Assembly (NCBI RefSeq): GCF_001194135.2
Contig: NC_068985.1
Span: 57,566,983 to 57,630,982 of the forward strand
DNA length: 64,000 nucleotides
Reading direction: 5' to 3'
Source of the DNA: Octopus bimaculoides
Taxonomy: Eukaryota
A program made the position numbers and the translations under genes. Below the pieces are notes generated by a model that did not search any database, had not been told where the DNA came from, and saw nothing but the letters and a program-made list of their open reading frames with translations. This document shows, piece after piece, positions 51,038 to 64,000 of the stretch; positions within the stretch are counted from its first letter, which is position 1, and each line of letters starts with the position of its first letter.

Positions 51038-51250
51038 TTCTCTCTATGTATATGTATGTATGCAAGTATGTATATATATNNNNNNNNNNNNNNNNNNNNN
51101 NNNNNNNNNNNNNNNNNNNNNNNNNNNNNNNNNNNNNNNNNNNNNNNNNNNNNNNNNNNNTATATATAGGTGTGTGTATTTATGTGTACACGTGTTTGTT
51201 TATAAAGTGTCCATAGCATCTAGCATACTCTTTCCCTTTATTTCTCTGCC

Positions 51251-51308
<58 letters not shown>

Positions 51309-51993
51309 GCTTGCACGCACACACACAATGACTGACAAATATTCTCGCTTAATTAATTCTGATATCATATCTCCGATTTCACTTTCAGACATCCGTTAAA
51401 TTGATCTTCCAGTATTCCATATATAATACGTCCCATTCTTTGTAAGATTCATTTATAATCATAGCAATCCATTATCTGCAACATGATAAATTGTATCAGC
51501 GTATATCTCTAAACTTTAACACATATTGTATATAATGTGAATAGCTATGCGAGGCAATTCTCCAGTCACTTAGATATTTTTACAGTCACTCTCATTTACC
51601 GGAAATTATTTTCGTCGATCACTTATGAATGATAATTTAGATTGCTATTTTATCACAAGCTCTGATCATTCTAGCTTTTACCATTGCTGTTTCTGTCATA
51701 CCGCTATTTCGGCGCCACTAGTGAGATTAGTTTGTACTTACAACACCGCTTTAGATGTGTTATCCATGTTTAGAGGTGCATATAATTACATATTTGTCTT
51801 TCCAGTTCTGCGCTCGCACACACGCAAATACAGAGACGCACGCAGACGCACACAGACGCACATATATTTGTTATCTCTTTCGCTCTATTTATCCCTCTCC
51901 CCTCTCTCTATATATAACATATGGGGGATTGTAATATATGTAAATAAGTATGTGTGTGTGTGTGCGTTCGGATCTGTGTGTATGAATGTAAAG

Positions 51994-52086
<93 letters not shown>

Positions 52087-52946
52087 ATATATATGTTTAC
52101 ATACACACATATTTATATATGCATTCAAATAATGATAAATTGTGTTTTATTTTCTTGTTGTTGACATTAATAAATTATATAGCACCTCTATTCGCGATCC
52201 TCCAGTTACGTTACAAATATTATCTTCGAAGGAATGAATTAAAACTTATAGCAAACCCGACGATATCAGATAAACTCGCAATACTTGAAATTTTGCCCTG
52301 CTAACAAAGATATGAGTTATTAGTCAGGTGCAAATTTCTAGTTCAATATTTTCTTATATGCTTCACTTCTGCACCGTTTACAATTGTCATTGTAGTTGTC
52401 ACAATATCGATTTTTCACACATTAGAAATGGAGTGCTGTAGTTCTTTGTTGGAAGAGTCTATTAGTTGAACCATTCTTTGTTAGGTTATCTCGACTTAAC
52501 ACACTGACTTATAATACTGTGGTTGAGAGAAAAGGTGGCTTGTAATATGGTGTAGTACATAAGTTTATGAATGTCTTCGTCTTTAAGTCTTATATAGATA
52601 CACCTGAGACGATAGAAAATTGCGTTTTATTCTATATAACTTTCAACCTCACTTCAGGTCATTATTTGTTATGGCAAAGCAAGAACATGAAAAAGTGACT
52701 TTTTTACAATGTATCTAGGATTTCGGTTATTCCATCATGGGAGACTGCAACTTAAAATTGTCAAAGCTTCATGGTTTAAGTATGTGGAATAGAAAGTTCA
52801 ATTTCCTTATGTTAATAAGAACGAACCGATTTATATTTTGAAATTATAACTCATCCCTTTTATTAAATAAGCCTAGCCTCTATCATGGATTACATTATAT
52901 TACTTAAAAAACTATACAATGTGGTATTCAGTTTTTACCATGAATA

Positions 52947-53146
52947 CTTCTGTCTACTACAGACAGAAAGTTTGAAATTCTAGGGGAGGGGGATAATCGA
53001 TAACATCACCCAGTACATGACTGGTACTTACTTTATTGAACCCAAAAGGATGAAAAGCAAAGTCAACCCTGGCGGAGTTTGAACTCAGAAGGTATAGGCG
53101 AAGCAGTTTGCCCGGTGTGCTAACGATTCTAACAGATCACCGCCTT
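52947..53146 (-). mobile_element. SINE family A, full length, decayed
   Basis: aaagtcaaccctggcggagtttgaactcagaa...gtgctaacgattct...caccgcc. Confidence 0.8.
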
Positions 53147-53627
53147 ATTATTATGAATAATAAAACATAAAAGGTATGGAGATGGTATGGTACCAAGTGG
53201 TTTTTAGAATTCAATGGGTGACAAACTTATTTTGCTTACGTTTCCAGTACCTTGGGAAATATCAACACGTCATCTGCATTATCGGAGGAAGAGGCAGGAA
53301 TTGTTGCCGAAGCAAGAAATCAGTTTTAAATAGTTTAAATATATTCAGCTTTCTAGTGTCTGTGCTAATCTATATATGTGAATAAGGATATTTAGAAAAT
53401 GAAGAATTAAGAATTTCATGCTTTTCTGTTGTAAGTAAAAAAGGGAAAACGGAAGAAGTAGTAATGCTGGCGTTACATAATTTAAGTAAAGGTAATGTCT
53501 ATTATCTAACACACGAACAAGCATTAATAGGATACTTTAAGAAATACGCTATCTCTGATTATCCAGTTCTCTGGAATGGCAGTGTCCACTTAAATTAATC
53601 CAGAATCTTTCTACCTGATTATATGTC

Positions 53628-54430
53628 TTTTAAAGAGGTTAGCAGCACACAAAACGTTCCATTAATGGTACCTCAAAACCATCATTAAGTACGTTTAGCT
53701 ATTATCCGTATGTTCTTGATGAAGAGTAAGATGTTTTCCATTAATTAAAGACAATTCAATGTACCCTTTACTAAATGTGTGGTCAGCTGTTTCACTGCTA
53801 GCCATTCCAACAATTCAACAAAGAATAATCATTATAAAGATGACGCCTAAGGTAATTTACTGCAATTAATCATCAACTTTCACTGCTGTGAATTTCACAA
53901 ATTGTGTATGCGTATGTAAGTGTGTATGTCTCTGTCTATATTAGATATCTGAAAGGAAAGGTGAGAATATATGACATATATTCTCATACGAGGAAAATGT
54001 TGAAAGAGTTTGAAAATCTTGTTAGTTTTCGATGTTGATCTCAAAAGATATTAACATGGAAGAAATAGGAACTTTCACGGATATATTTATACATAATAAT
54101 ATATCATATACTGTATAGGAGATGTGTGTGTGTGTGTGTGTATGTATGTGTGTGGAGAGAGGCGTGGCGTCGTGCTGTTACTCTCACGATCATAGGATTG
54201 CTGTTTCGATTCCTGGACAGGGTCATGCGTTGTGCTCATGAGCAAAACATATCATTTCATGTTGTTCCAGTCCTCTCAGCTGTTGAAAATGAGTATTCAT
54301 GCGATGGACCATTGGGGTGGTGGGGAAGTATACGCCACAAAATCGGGAAACCAAACCGTATGAGCCAAGGGAACGGGAAGAACATATATACAGCTATACA
54401 TGCGTATATAAATATACGCATGTATAGATG

Positions 54431-54479
<49 letters not shown>

Positions 54480-56747
54480 GTGTGTGTCTGCCTGTGTGTA
54501 TGTATATATATATATGTGTGTGCATGTATATATATATATAAATATCAGTTCAGTGTAATAATATCTTAAGTAATGAACTCTTGATGTAATTATAGCGATG
54601 AGGATGCATAACTAGATACAGAGCAATGTGCCGTTGTTGCAGTTGAAACATATGTTGGTCATTGTTACATATACTTCAGAAAACCTTTTAATAAAATCTC
54701 TTCCAGCCTCTTGTTATGATAGGCTACCTTCCTTAACAGGTTTATTGTTTGATTAGTGAAACTCCCTGAGCACCACTGGTTCTCCCTTTCACACTGACAT
54801 TAAATTTATTTTCTCTCCATCATCAATCTGTTTCATGTAGTCTACATCTGGTCATTCACCCTATCTAACAGTAATTCACCTCCCTCTTCTTGCCTTTCAT
54901 TTCTTTACTCGTGTTCATCCTCCCTACATTGCATATATTCTCCTTCACCTCCCTAACTTTTGTACTTAGTTTTCCTCCTGTCTCACTGCAACATTTAAAT
55001 ACCTGTTTAATATGATATGATTTGAAAATTTCTCTTGATGAAGGAAGTCATTTTACCTCTTTTAAAAGAGGTTAGTAGTTCACAAAACGTTGCATTAATG
55101 GCACACAATATGTGTCGTTAAATACACTTAGCTATTATAAATATGTTCTTGATGAAGATTAAGATATTTTCCATTAATTAAAGAAAATTCAAGCTGTTCT
55201 TTACTAAATATCTGTGGTCAGCTGTTTCACTGCTAGCCATTCCAACAATGCAACAAAGAATAATCATTATAAAGATGACGCCTAAGGCAATTTACTGCAA
55301 TTAATTATTAACTTTCAGTGCTCTGAAGTTAACACAGTGTGCATATGTGTGTGAGTGTGTAAGTGTTTGTGTTTGTGTATGTCTCTGTCTATATTAGATA
55401 TCTGAAAGGAAAGGTGAGAATATATGACATATATTCTAATACGAGGAAAAGGTTGAACGAGTTTGAAAATCTTGTTAGTTTTGGATGTTGATCTGAAAAG
55501 ATATTAACATGGAAGAAATTAGAACTTTCACGGATAGATTTATACAAAATATATCCTATACTGTATACGAGATATGCGTGTGTCTGTGGAGACGCGTGGC
55601 GTAGTGGCGTAGTGGCGTTGCACTCACGATCATAGGATTACTGTTTCGATTTCTGGACAAGGTCATGTGTTGTGTTCATGAGCAAAACATATCATTTCAT
55701 GTTTTTACTTCGAATAATGCATAAAAAAGATACCTATAAATATGAATATATGGAAATATATATTTTATTATGCACTTATGCATGCATATGTCTGCATATT
55801 TGCATGTATGCATGTATGCATGTATGTATGTATGTATGTATGTATCTATCTATCTATCTATCCATCCATCTATCTATCTCTCTATATATAAGATGGAGGT
55901 GGAAATAGCACAGAAGTAAGTCTAAGTCATTTCAGTTTAAGAGGGACTTTATAAATATGATTTAAAAATTTCATCTCGTCAAATATCAGTAAAAATTAAA
56001 AAAGATTTGAAGTAAAAGCAGTTTAACTTCTGACTGGGGTTCAAGAACATGTTTGAGACATATTCTCTACCCTATATTGTCGAAACGGGTAATATTTTCT
56101 TTATATAATTTTTAAAATCATTTTTACTTAATTCCTTCATACTTCATCTTTTATATAAAAAATATGACTTGTATAGATCCCTTATCTTTTTTCAACTATA
56201 TATATATATATACATACATACATACATACATATTAGTTCACTTTGAAAACGTCAAAAATAATGGAGTCTTTATGTAATTTCAGCCACGAGGAGCCATAAT
56301 CGCATACAGAGCAATGTGCAGCTGTTGCAGTTGAAACATATGATGGTCATTGTTATATATGCTGCAGAAATTGTTTTAATAAAATCTCTTCCAGCCTCCC
56401 GGTATGATAGGCTACCATCTTTAACGGGTTTATTGTTTGCTTAGTGAAACTCCCTGAGCACTACTGGGTCTCCCTTTCATACTGACCTTAAATTTATCTT
56501 CTCTCCGTCATCAATCTGTTTCATCTATTCTACATCTGGTCATTCACCCTACCTCACAGTAAATCACCTCCCTTTTCTTGCCTTTCATTTCTTTACTCTA
56601 CCATCTTTAACGGGTTTATTGTTTGCTTAGTGAAACTCTTTGAGCACTAGTGGGTCCCTCTTTCACACTGACCTTAAATTTATCTTCTCCCCATCATCAA
56701 TCTGTTTCATTTATTCTACATCTGGTTATTCACGCTACCTCACAGTA
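53628..56747 (+). repeat. Tandem segmental duplication: about 53628-54910 versus 55060-56599, plus a third partial copy 56600-56747
   Basis: Collinear alignment by eye, including the shared SINE C; copy 2 has about 500 bp of extra sequence; 56600-56747 re-duplicates about 56414-56560. Confidence 0.9.
54160..54395 (+). mobile_element. tRNA-derived SINE family C (duplicated 5' part at 55595-55702)
   Basis: ggcgtggcgt...ctcacgatcatagg...gtttcgattcctgg (B box)...gagcaaaacatatcatttc...gcgatggacc. Confidence 0.75.
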
Positions 56748-56949
56748 GCACATACACTCACGTGGTCATGCACAAAGAGTGATGTACAAGGGGTGAGAGT
56801 ATACTGGTAGACAGGCATGGAAAAGCTTTGTGGATTGGTGATTTGCTGTGCAGTTCATTAGGTTTAATTTTTGACGGTGACCTTGGTGCAGTCGGTGCTA
56901 GGTGTGAATGGTAATAACGAGGTATATTCGGCGACCAGTGACTTGAAAT

Positions 56950-57590
56950 TTACCAGAAAGTTGTATCTTTGTCAACAGCAATACGATATCTCATGTTTTT
57001 TTGTCGATAGATACTGCGGATTGGTAGATAGTATGAAGTTTTCCTAATTGGCACAGCTGGCAATTAGAAGCGCCGGGTGAATATGAAAGTGCCCTATCAG
57101 TAATAGTGCACTTCGAGGTCACAAAGTCTCCAGTGAAAGCACGACAGGGTAGTGGAGTTGTTTCTGTCTATGAATTTGAATGAACGAAAGTGCTAGGAGT
57201 ATCTTCCCTTGAAGACATTGGCCGTCATACCCGTATAGCGCCTAGTAATGCCATCGGATAGTGGATTTGCATCCTGCAGCCCGTGCCAGGAATGATTCAC
57301 CTAGAGGGCAGGTGGTAAGGTTTCAGCAATTGCAAGTTGTGGCTCAGGCTGGGAGTTGTATCGGTGCGCTTTTGCGTCTGTTGATGCATGCCATGTTAAA
57401 TGCAATGATTTCTAAGCAGGAGTAGCCTACCTTGACATTATGGGGGTTAAAGAGTTTGTATTGTTTATGGCCTCTGGGGAAATATTTCTTTAATAGAAGC
57501 AGGAAGCATTTGGCTACGTTGGTAGAAACTTCTAGGTTATAAAGAGGGGTTATACCAGATTATTTTACTTTTCCTAATTCTCTTTTTGTT
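56950..57590 (-). mobile_element. Penelope-like element C-terminus (linker plus GIY-YIG endonuclease), decayed
   Basis: RKSKIIWYNP / EVSTNVAKCFL...FNPHNVKVGYSC; CNC*NLTTCPLG; RYTGMTANVFKGRY; NSTTLS. Confidence 0.85.
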
Positions 57591-57594
57591 CGAC

Positions 57595-57735
57595 CCAGGC
57601 CTTATTCTGTGTAAGCCTAGTACTTATGTTATGGGACTGTTTTGCCGAAATACTAAGTTACAGAGACGTAAGCACAACAACATTGGTTCTCAAGCGATGG
57701 TGGGGGAATAAACACAGACACACAAATACACACAC
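57595..57735 (-). mobile_element. SINE family B fragment
   Basis: gtaagcctagtacttat...ttttgccgaaatactaagttacagagacgtaagcacaacaac. Confidence 0.65.
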
Positions 57736-57787
57736 ACACACACGCACAAAGATATATACATATATAAATATATGCATATACATATAC

Positions 57788-57847
<60 letters not shown>

Positions 57848-59347
57848 GGGAGTACGTATAAAGAGATAGAGAAAGTGTGAGTGACAGAAAGAAGGCAGGT
57901 GAGAGAGAGAGACCGAGAGAGCGAAATTAAGAAGGAGAAGTGAGTGAAGAAAGCAAAAAAAAAAAAGGCGGAAAATCGAATGTACAAGTAGAAAACCTGC
58001 ATTGTGTACATTATTTGTTGAACGAGAAGGGATTTGAGAGAAAGCAATTGACGGAAAGCTATCCGGAGAATATATAAATGGAAATAATAAATTAGACATT
58101 CTAAATGCAAAGAAACATTTTCAAAGGTTTAGATGAAGTGAAGTTTTTCATTTATTTATTAGCAGAATTTACGCCTAACTTCACATTGAATTGAATTATA
58201 ATTAGTGTAGGCAGTTATGAAGGTGATTTATCGCACTAATTTTAAACTCTTTCCAGCATGAATTGCACCAGATGTATCTGAACAAATTGGATATTAGCAT
58301 TAGATTGGAAAACGATAAAATGCACATAATCTTCGTTGTACTTTTACGTTGAAGATAGTTTTTCCCTATTTTGTGGAGCAAGTATTATCAATTATGTTTC
58401 GCCCTAAACCAAACAGTAAGTTAACTTAATTAATACGAGATGTTCTTATTTGACATATTGTACTACCATATTTCGTTACAAATTTACACACACGCATATA
58501 TATGTGTATGCAAGTGTGTGTATGCGTGTGGATATGCATACACATACAAGCATACATTCGTAAATATTCGTATATATATATATATATATATATACATATA
58601 TATATANNNNNNNNNNNNNNNNNNNNNNNNNNNNNNNNNNNNNNNNNNNNNNNNNNNNNNNNNNNNNNNNNNNNNNNNNNNNNNNNNNNNNNNNNNNNNN
58701 NNNNNNNNNNNNNNNNNNNNNNNNNNNNNNNNNNNNNNNNNNNNNNNNNNNNNNNNNNNNNNNNNNNNNNNNNNNNNNNNNNNNNNNNNNNNNNNNNNNN
58801 NNNNNNNNNNNNNNNNNNNNNNNNTATATATAAATAAATCGATAGACAAACAGACAGGCACACACAAATATATATGTTTACGTTTATGTATACGTTTTGC
58901 AATCTATAGATAGATAGATAGATACTGAGCTAGAAAAGCAACGTCGCACTGTACAATATTATCTGTTTCACAAACGATATTGGGATTACATGGATTTTAT
59001 CACAATTTTAGGTAATTTGCTGTCAGGAATATGTTACTGATACATGACACCACTCTCTTCTGAAAAAAACACATGTAGGGTTCGAACTCGTTCACTTTGT
59101 GTGAACATGGTAATGCTTGCGAACGTATTTTTAACAAAAGCATGATGCACGTGCAAAACGACTCATAATTCGTCTTCCTCACGCTTTTCTGCACAGTATT
59201 GACATATATGAGTGTTATTTTATTGAATCGTTTATTGTTAAAATTGTTTCGTGTCTTTTAAACCCGTTTGTACACTTGTTTTACTGCCTCACGGCAGTCT
59301 GTTATCGATTTACCCCTTCGAAAAGGTGGGTAGCACAAGTATTAACG

Positions 59348-60108
59348 ATGGAGTATGAAAGCTTCACCTCCTCGGAACTTACAAATTCTGAGATGGAACT
59401 ATTGAAGTCTGTCGAAGTAATGGAGGAGCAGGTGAAGAAAAGAAATTTTGCGGCTTTCGACAAGAAACGAAGTCGAACTAACAGGGGTGCGAAGTAAAGA
59501 TGCTCCATCCCCAAAGAATTTTGGAAGCTACCAAGGAGAAAACTATAATATATAGAACGTACTTCACGAAAACAAAGAAAATCGAAATAATGACGACCAC
59601 GCAAGTAGAAAAAGCCTTGAAACCAATCTGGCAAGGAACGTCGTATCTTGCCCGAGGAAGGAAGTTCGGAACAGCGGAGGTGCGCTTCGGAGAGGTAGCT
59701 ACTGCCAAGTTATACTTGGCAACCCCTGTAAAGATAGAAGAAATGTTACTTCTATCCATATACCTTGGGAGACATGCTTCCAGGGCTAGGGTAGAAGATA
59801 TACCACTAGAGATTGACGTAGCCTAGCTAGCAGCTGCCATAGTGCTGTGCAATGAACATAAGATAGTGGTCCTCCAATCCACAGCTCATAAGAATTGGTA
59901 AAGGCAGAACATGGATATAATTATCCAGGCGGTCCCGAAGGACATTGAAAATATAATAGAAACTATCGCTATAGAAGATGTGATAATCAGGATCAGATTG
60001 GAGCGCACGAATTCTCGTTGCTACAAGTTTGGCCTTAAAGGCCACATCAGAGCAGACTGTCCTCCGCTGTCCAAAAATGGCTGCAGGAATGCTGGAGCAC
60101 CTCCGTGA
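59348..60108 (+). mobile_element. L1/Tx1-like LINE ORF1 remnant with CCHC zinc knuckle
   Basis: ORFs 59348-59497, 59500-59826 and 59911-60108 join through one frameshift and two stops; LARGRKFGTAEVRF; CYKFGLKGHIRADC (CX2CX4HX4C with the second C mutated). Confidence 0.65.
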
Positions 60109-60189
60109 TTCTTACTTTAAGCATATCTTTTTTTCTGCGACTGATTTCTTCAGGTTGGTGGGATTTCTTATCACCAATCTTGCATGAGT

Positions 60190-60830
60190 TTCCTACCTTG
60201 GTTAAAGCACATTTAGTGTGTGACGATGTTTGACACTGCTGCTCTCATCGTACTTTATGCTGGGCCGTTCGTTCTTCAGGTAACATGGACTGGAGAATCT
60301 CCAGTTACCTTTTGAAGACATTCACATCTACATTCTGTAGGTTTCTTAATTGTTTTTGAAGGATATTGAAGAGTTCTGGGATTTTAATCTGTAAGCTATT
60401 GCATTATCTGGTCCTGACTTTAGACTGGGTGGACGATACATTTGATACAATTCAAAGGCGTCGAGTTCGGGCAATTGTATAAATTAAGTACTAGACCTTC
60501 GAGAATTTTCCATATATAAATTATTACGCATTTGTTGCGTCTTCGACCCCAAGGAATAGAGTTGTAGATTTTAATCAGTTCCTTGCAGATCATCTGTTGC
60601 CTTGTTACAGTCGTTTTAGTGTCGTGATGTCGGGTGTTTTCATCCCCACTGTTAGTCTGGTATTAAGCGGTGGTCATAGCTCAAAGCAGTGCTCCAAACG
60701 GCTGAGAACGAAAGTCCTTCACAGGGTCAACATGGCCTTTTGGTCTCTTGTCGTGAAGGACGTTTGTACCCATCCTGCCAGTTGTTTGCAAATAGATTTT
60801 CTAAAGGAAGCCGGTACCATTTAATTCACG
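60190..60830 (-). mobile_element. CR1/L2-group LINE 3' fragment
   Basis: Minus strand RTFVLSRLEHCFEL; NLQLYS; IIYIWKILEGLV; ELFNILQKQLRNLQNVDVNVFKR. Confidence 0.7.
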
Positions 60831-62479
60831 TTTCCTTCATAGGATTGTCGTTTTTTTGTGTTTTTGCCAGGTGAGATAAGAGAAGTTGCTTCAATAAGGC
60901 AGTGAAAAACTGCTTCGCTGCCTCTAATTACACAGTGATTCACTTATATTTCAATTGTCAGTAAGATAAGCCTGTAAAACAAACGTTCCGGCTTCACTAA
61001 TTAACTAAATCAGCAAGCGTTGCAGTCATGATTGCAAGATCGTGATTTCTTCCCCTGTACCGGTCTGTGTCTTGTATTGTATTCCAGACCGAAATCTTCT
61101 TTTCACGTTGCCCCATTTGATTCCGCTGTTAATGAGTAATCACGCAACGGACTAGCTTGCCGTTCAGGGCGAATGTTGTTACCTCGCTTAGTTATACGCC
61201 ATGAAATCAAGTATACTGATTTATGTGTTCTAGATCCAGGGTTTGATTTTTTTTTTTTACAAATCAGCGATGTTCATAGGAGAGAAATAAACATAAAAAT
61301 GACAAATATTTCTCAGATCTAGGCAGCATGAAAGCATGAAAGCATTTACCTTAGAATGTGTAGGCTTTTAGTATGCTTTCTCATCTCTATCACATTATTG
61401 TATTATAGAATATTGATTTCCACGTTGCATTTCTGTAATCTCTGAGAGATGAAAGCTGATGTGGATTCCGTGAAATGTCGAAGTTACAAACATGTGGACG
61501 GTACTTAAATGCCGTAATATGGAGAATCACGCGTTTTACCAAATGCGCTGCTTTCACCTTTAAGAAATAACATTAAATTAGTAAGCATAATCTATTCCTC
61601 ATGCAACTGTTTGAAACAGCTTTATATATAATTGCAACTGCTGTCGCAGAAGGTCGATATACTGTTGTTAATCTAAATTTATAAAATTTTATTAATAATT
61701 TCAGAAGGAAACATAACTTAGCTCCACAATCTACAGAATAACAGAATTGTTGCAAGTTGAAATTTAGTCAAATTGCTTCTGCAGACAGTAAGGTGTAAAG
61801 TGAAACATTTTGTGTAAAATCAGAAATCAGGGCTTATTCTCTGAAAAACGAAACGTGTTAAATAGTGTAATGATTGGTATATCGAGTGTGAAATATCACA
61901 CGAATCCGGTTCTGATGGTTTGTGCAGATAACGATGTGAAATAGAAGGATATACTACAACTGGTGTTACGTATCGAGTTATATGATAAGTGTGTGTCCTG
62001 ATCTGAAGATGGTGTGTGCCTCATATGTAAGAGGTTAAGTGACACCGAGGAATTTAAATGTCCTTTAATGTTAGTATTCAATATAGATGGAAAAAGAAGG
62101 AAAATCATACACAAAATGAACAGTATTCATATATATAATTATATATACATAGATACTTACACACACAAACGTAGGATTTTTGTGTGTCTGAATATATATA
62201 NNNNNNNNNNNNNNNNNNNNNNNNNNNNNNNNNNNNNNNNNNNNNNNTATATATATATATATATATATATATCTTTCCATCTATTTATATGTGTGTGTGC
62301 GCATCTGTGTGCATGTATGAGTGTGTGTGAGTGTGTGTGTGTGCATTTGTGTGTGTGTGTGTGTGTGTGTATGTGTGTGTGTGTGTAATGGATATATCAT
62401 TCATATGTTTTCTCGGAAATAAAGGGACAAGTATGTTTAGAACGTGATACATTAACAACTGTAGAATTACGATATACAT

Positions 62480-62780
62480 GTTGATGAGGCACAGCATTGA
62501 AAGGTATTAATGGAACAAATCGATTCCAGGAGTTTGAAGCCTGGTACTCATACTAACAGTCAAAACCTACGACAGATTTCAAGTGTTAGGGTGTATGACA
62601 AAGACAGGCACAAACATGCCCATTTATACACTGGCGCACACACACGCATAGACACATAGACAAGCTCATATATTTACTACGAGCTTCCACACTGTTTTCA
62701 TCTAACAAATGTATTCACAAAGCATTGGTCTTTCAGGGCCTAAAAAAGACATTTGCTGAAAGACGAAACCCCACAAGTGG
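62480..62780 (-). mobile_element. SINE family B, highly decayed
   Basis: aacaaatcgattccagg...ttcacaaagcattggtc; patchy similarity to the reverse complement of family B. Confidence 0.45.
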
Positions 62781-64000
62781 TACATTCGACATGATTCTTA
62801 GTGTCGATCGGTGTGGAGATATTGCGCACACCTCTAATGCTATAAATATATTTGTGTGAAATAAAAACGTAGACATTTTACGTAGTTTAAAAAGCGAAAG
62901 TTTATAGTTCTGTGTGTGTGCATTGAATATGTATTCCTTTATGCGAATCTGCCTTTTTGCATCTGTGCGTGTGTGTGTGTGACTATCAAATATCAGCAGC
63001 AGTTATAGAGCACCATGCCAAGCATAATGTCATTTTAATTTTAGATCATTGTAAATGAAAGATGTAACAAGTCACAAATAACCTACACACACATACACGC
63101 ACGTACACACACACATACACGTTCACTCACACACCCAAACACAAACAAACACACCCATACAAAAACAGAGTGTGCGGTTGATATCTCAATAGTTGTGGCT
63201 ACGTGACGTTTTCTCATATTACTTCAGTAAATCAATATTTTAATTAGATCCATATTACAAAGCAACAACAGATGGCTATTATTAGAATTTCAGAAATGGC
63301 TGGAAAATCATGCAGACGTCTGCTTTGATCAATGATAAAAGAACTCTTCATTTGCAACTGATAGGATTCTTTAAAATCTATTTTATAACACTGTTCACTG
63401 ATCTGTATCCGAAGAATAATTGTCTATCTTAGAGATTAAAGCTTGATTTTCTTATTTTTCTTCTTTTTTTTTACGTTCCTGCAGACAGAAACCGGTGCGT
63501 GAGTATGATGTATTTATCAATGAAAATTTTTGGTTCTCTTTAGTAATATATCTAATGAGAAAGTGTTTTCATTCGACAATAGTTACTTGCTCTATTGTTG
63601 TGATTTAACAATGCATACTCTGCCCTGTTTTCTCATTAAAATAGACACAATCTAAAAGTTACTGAAGAAAAAAATTACAACTTTTAATATTTCAAATAAA
63701 GTTCAGATATAATACCACCATTTACTAAATTTAGGATTAGTATCAGCAGAAAATGCAATTACTTGTGGTCCACATATATCTTGGGTTTTAAAGAAATTGC
63801 TAAGCCTCTAGAGATTAACTAGTAATAAGTTGAATGAAAAACCATGTATACGTCGAGATATTCTTAATTTGAATAAGCCAACAAAGACGACAGCTCCAGC
63901 TTCTGAGATGGAATTTCCCTTTCATCTTCACCGGATCGATGCAATCAACTAGTTCCGCACTGAAAAAAAAAACGATGTGCGGCCTTGTATTAATGTTAGA

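Noticed and set aside
8918-55702. tRNA-like A/B boxes
   Set aside because: They are SINE heads with no cloverleaf or acceptor stem, so not tRNA genes.

Overview
This is AT-rich, microsatellite-dense metazoan genomic DNA with about 17 N-gaps. The SINE families and simple-repeat style resemble octopus (coleoid cephalopod) assemblies; that taxon call is recalled pattern-matching, not a database result. I find no intact protein-coding gene, rRNA, true tRNA or CRISPR array, and most ORF-track entries are microsatellite or gap translations. The window is mostly decayed mobile elements: four mariner loci, one Tc1, three R4/Dong-type LINE 3' ends plus an R4-type RT, an RTE-like RT, an L1/Tx1-type ORF1, a CR1/L2-group 3' end, several Penelope-like elements (PLEs, one probably Naiad-type) and three tRNA-derived SINE families. 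Best leads: (1) type-I hammerhead ribozyme motifs in inverted PLE terminal repeats, with a compensatory stem II change and an extra base before GAAA (28671-28728 minus, 29251-29308 plus), and a second family in a 149-bp hairpin (15866-16014); (2) a duplication-inversion inside the Naiad-like element; (3) a mariner built from two inverted 5' ends; (4) telomeric repeats inside a mariner CDS; (5) a tandem duplication with unusually conserved splice-flanked blocks, plus a few candidate host exons.
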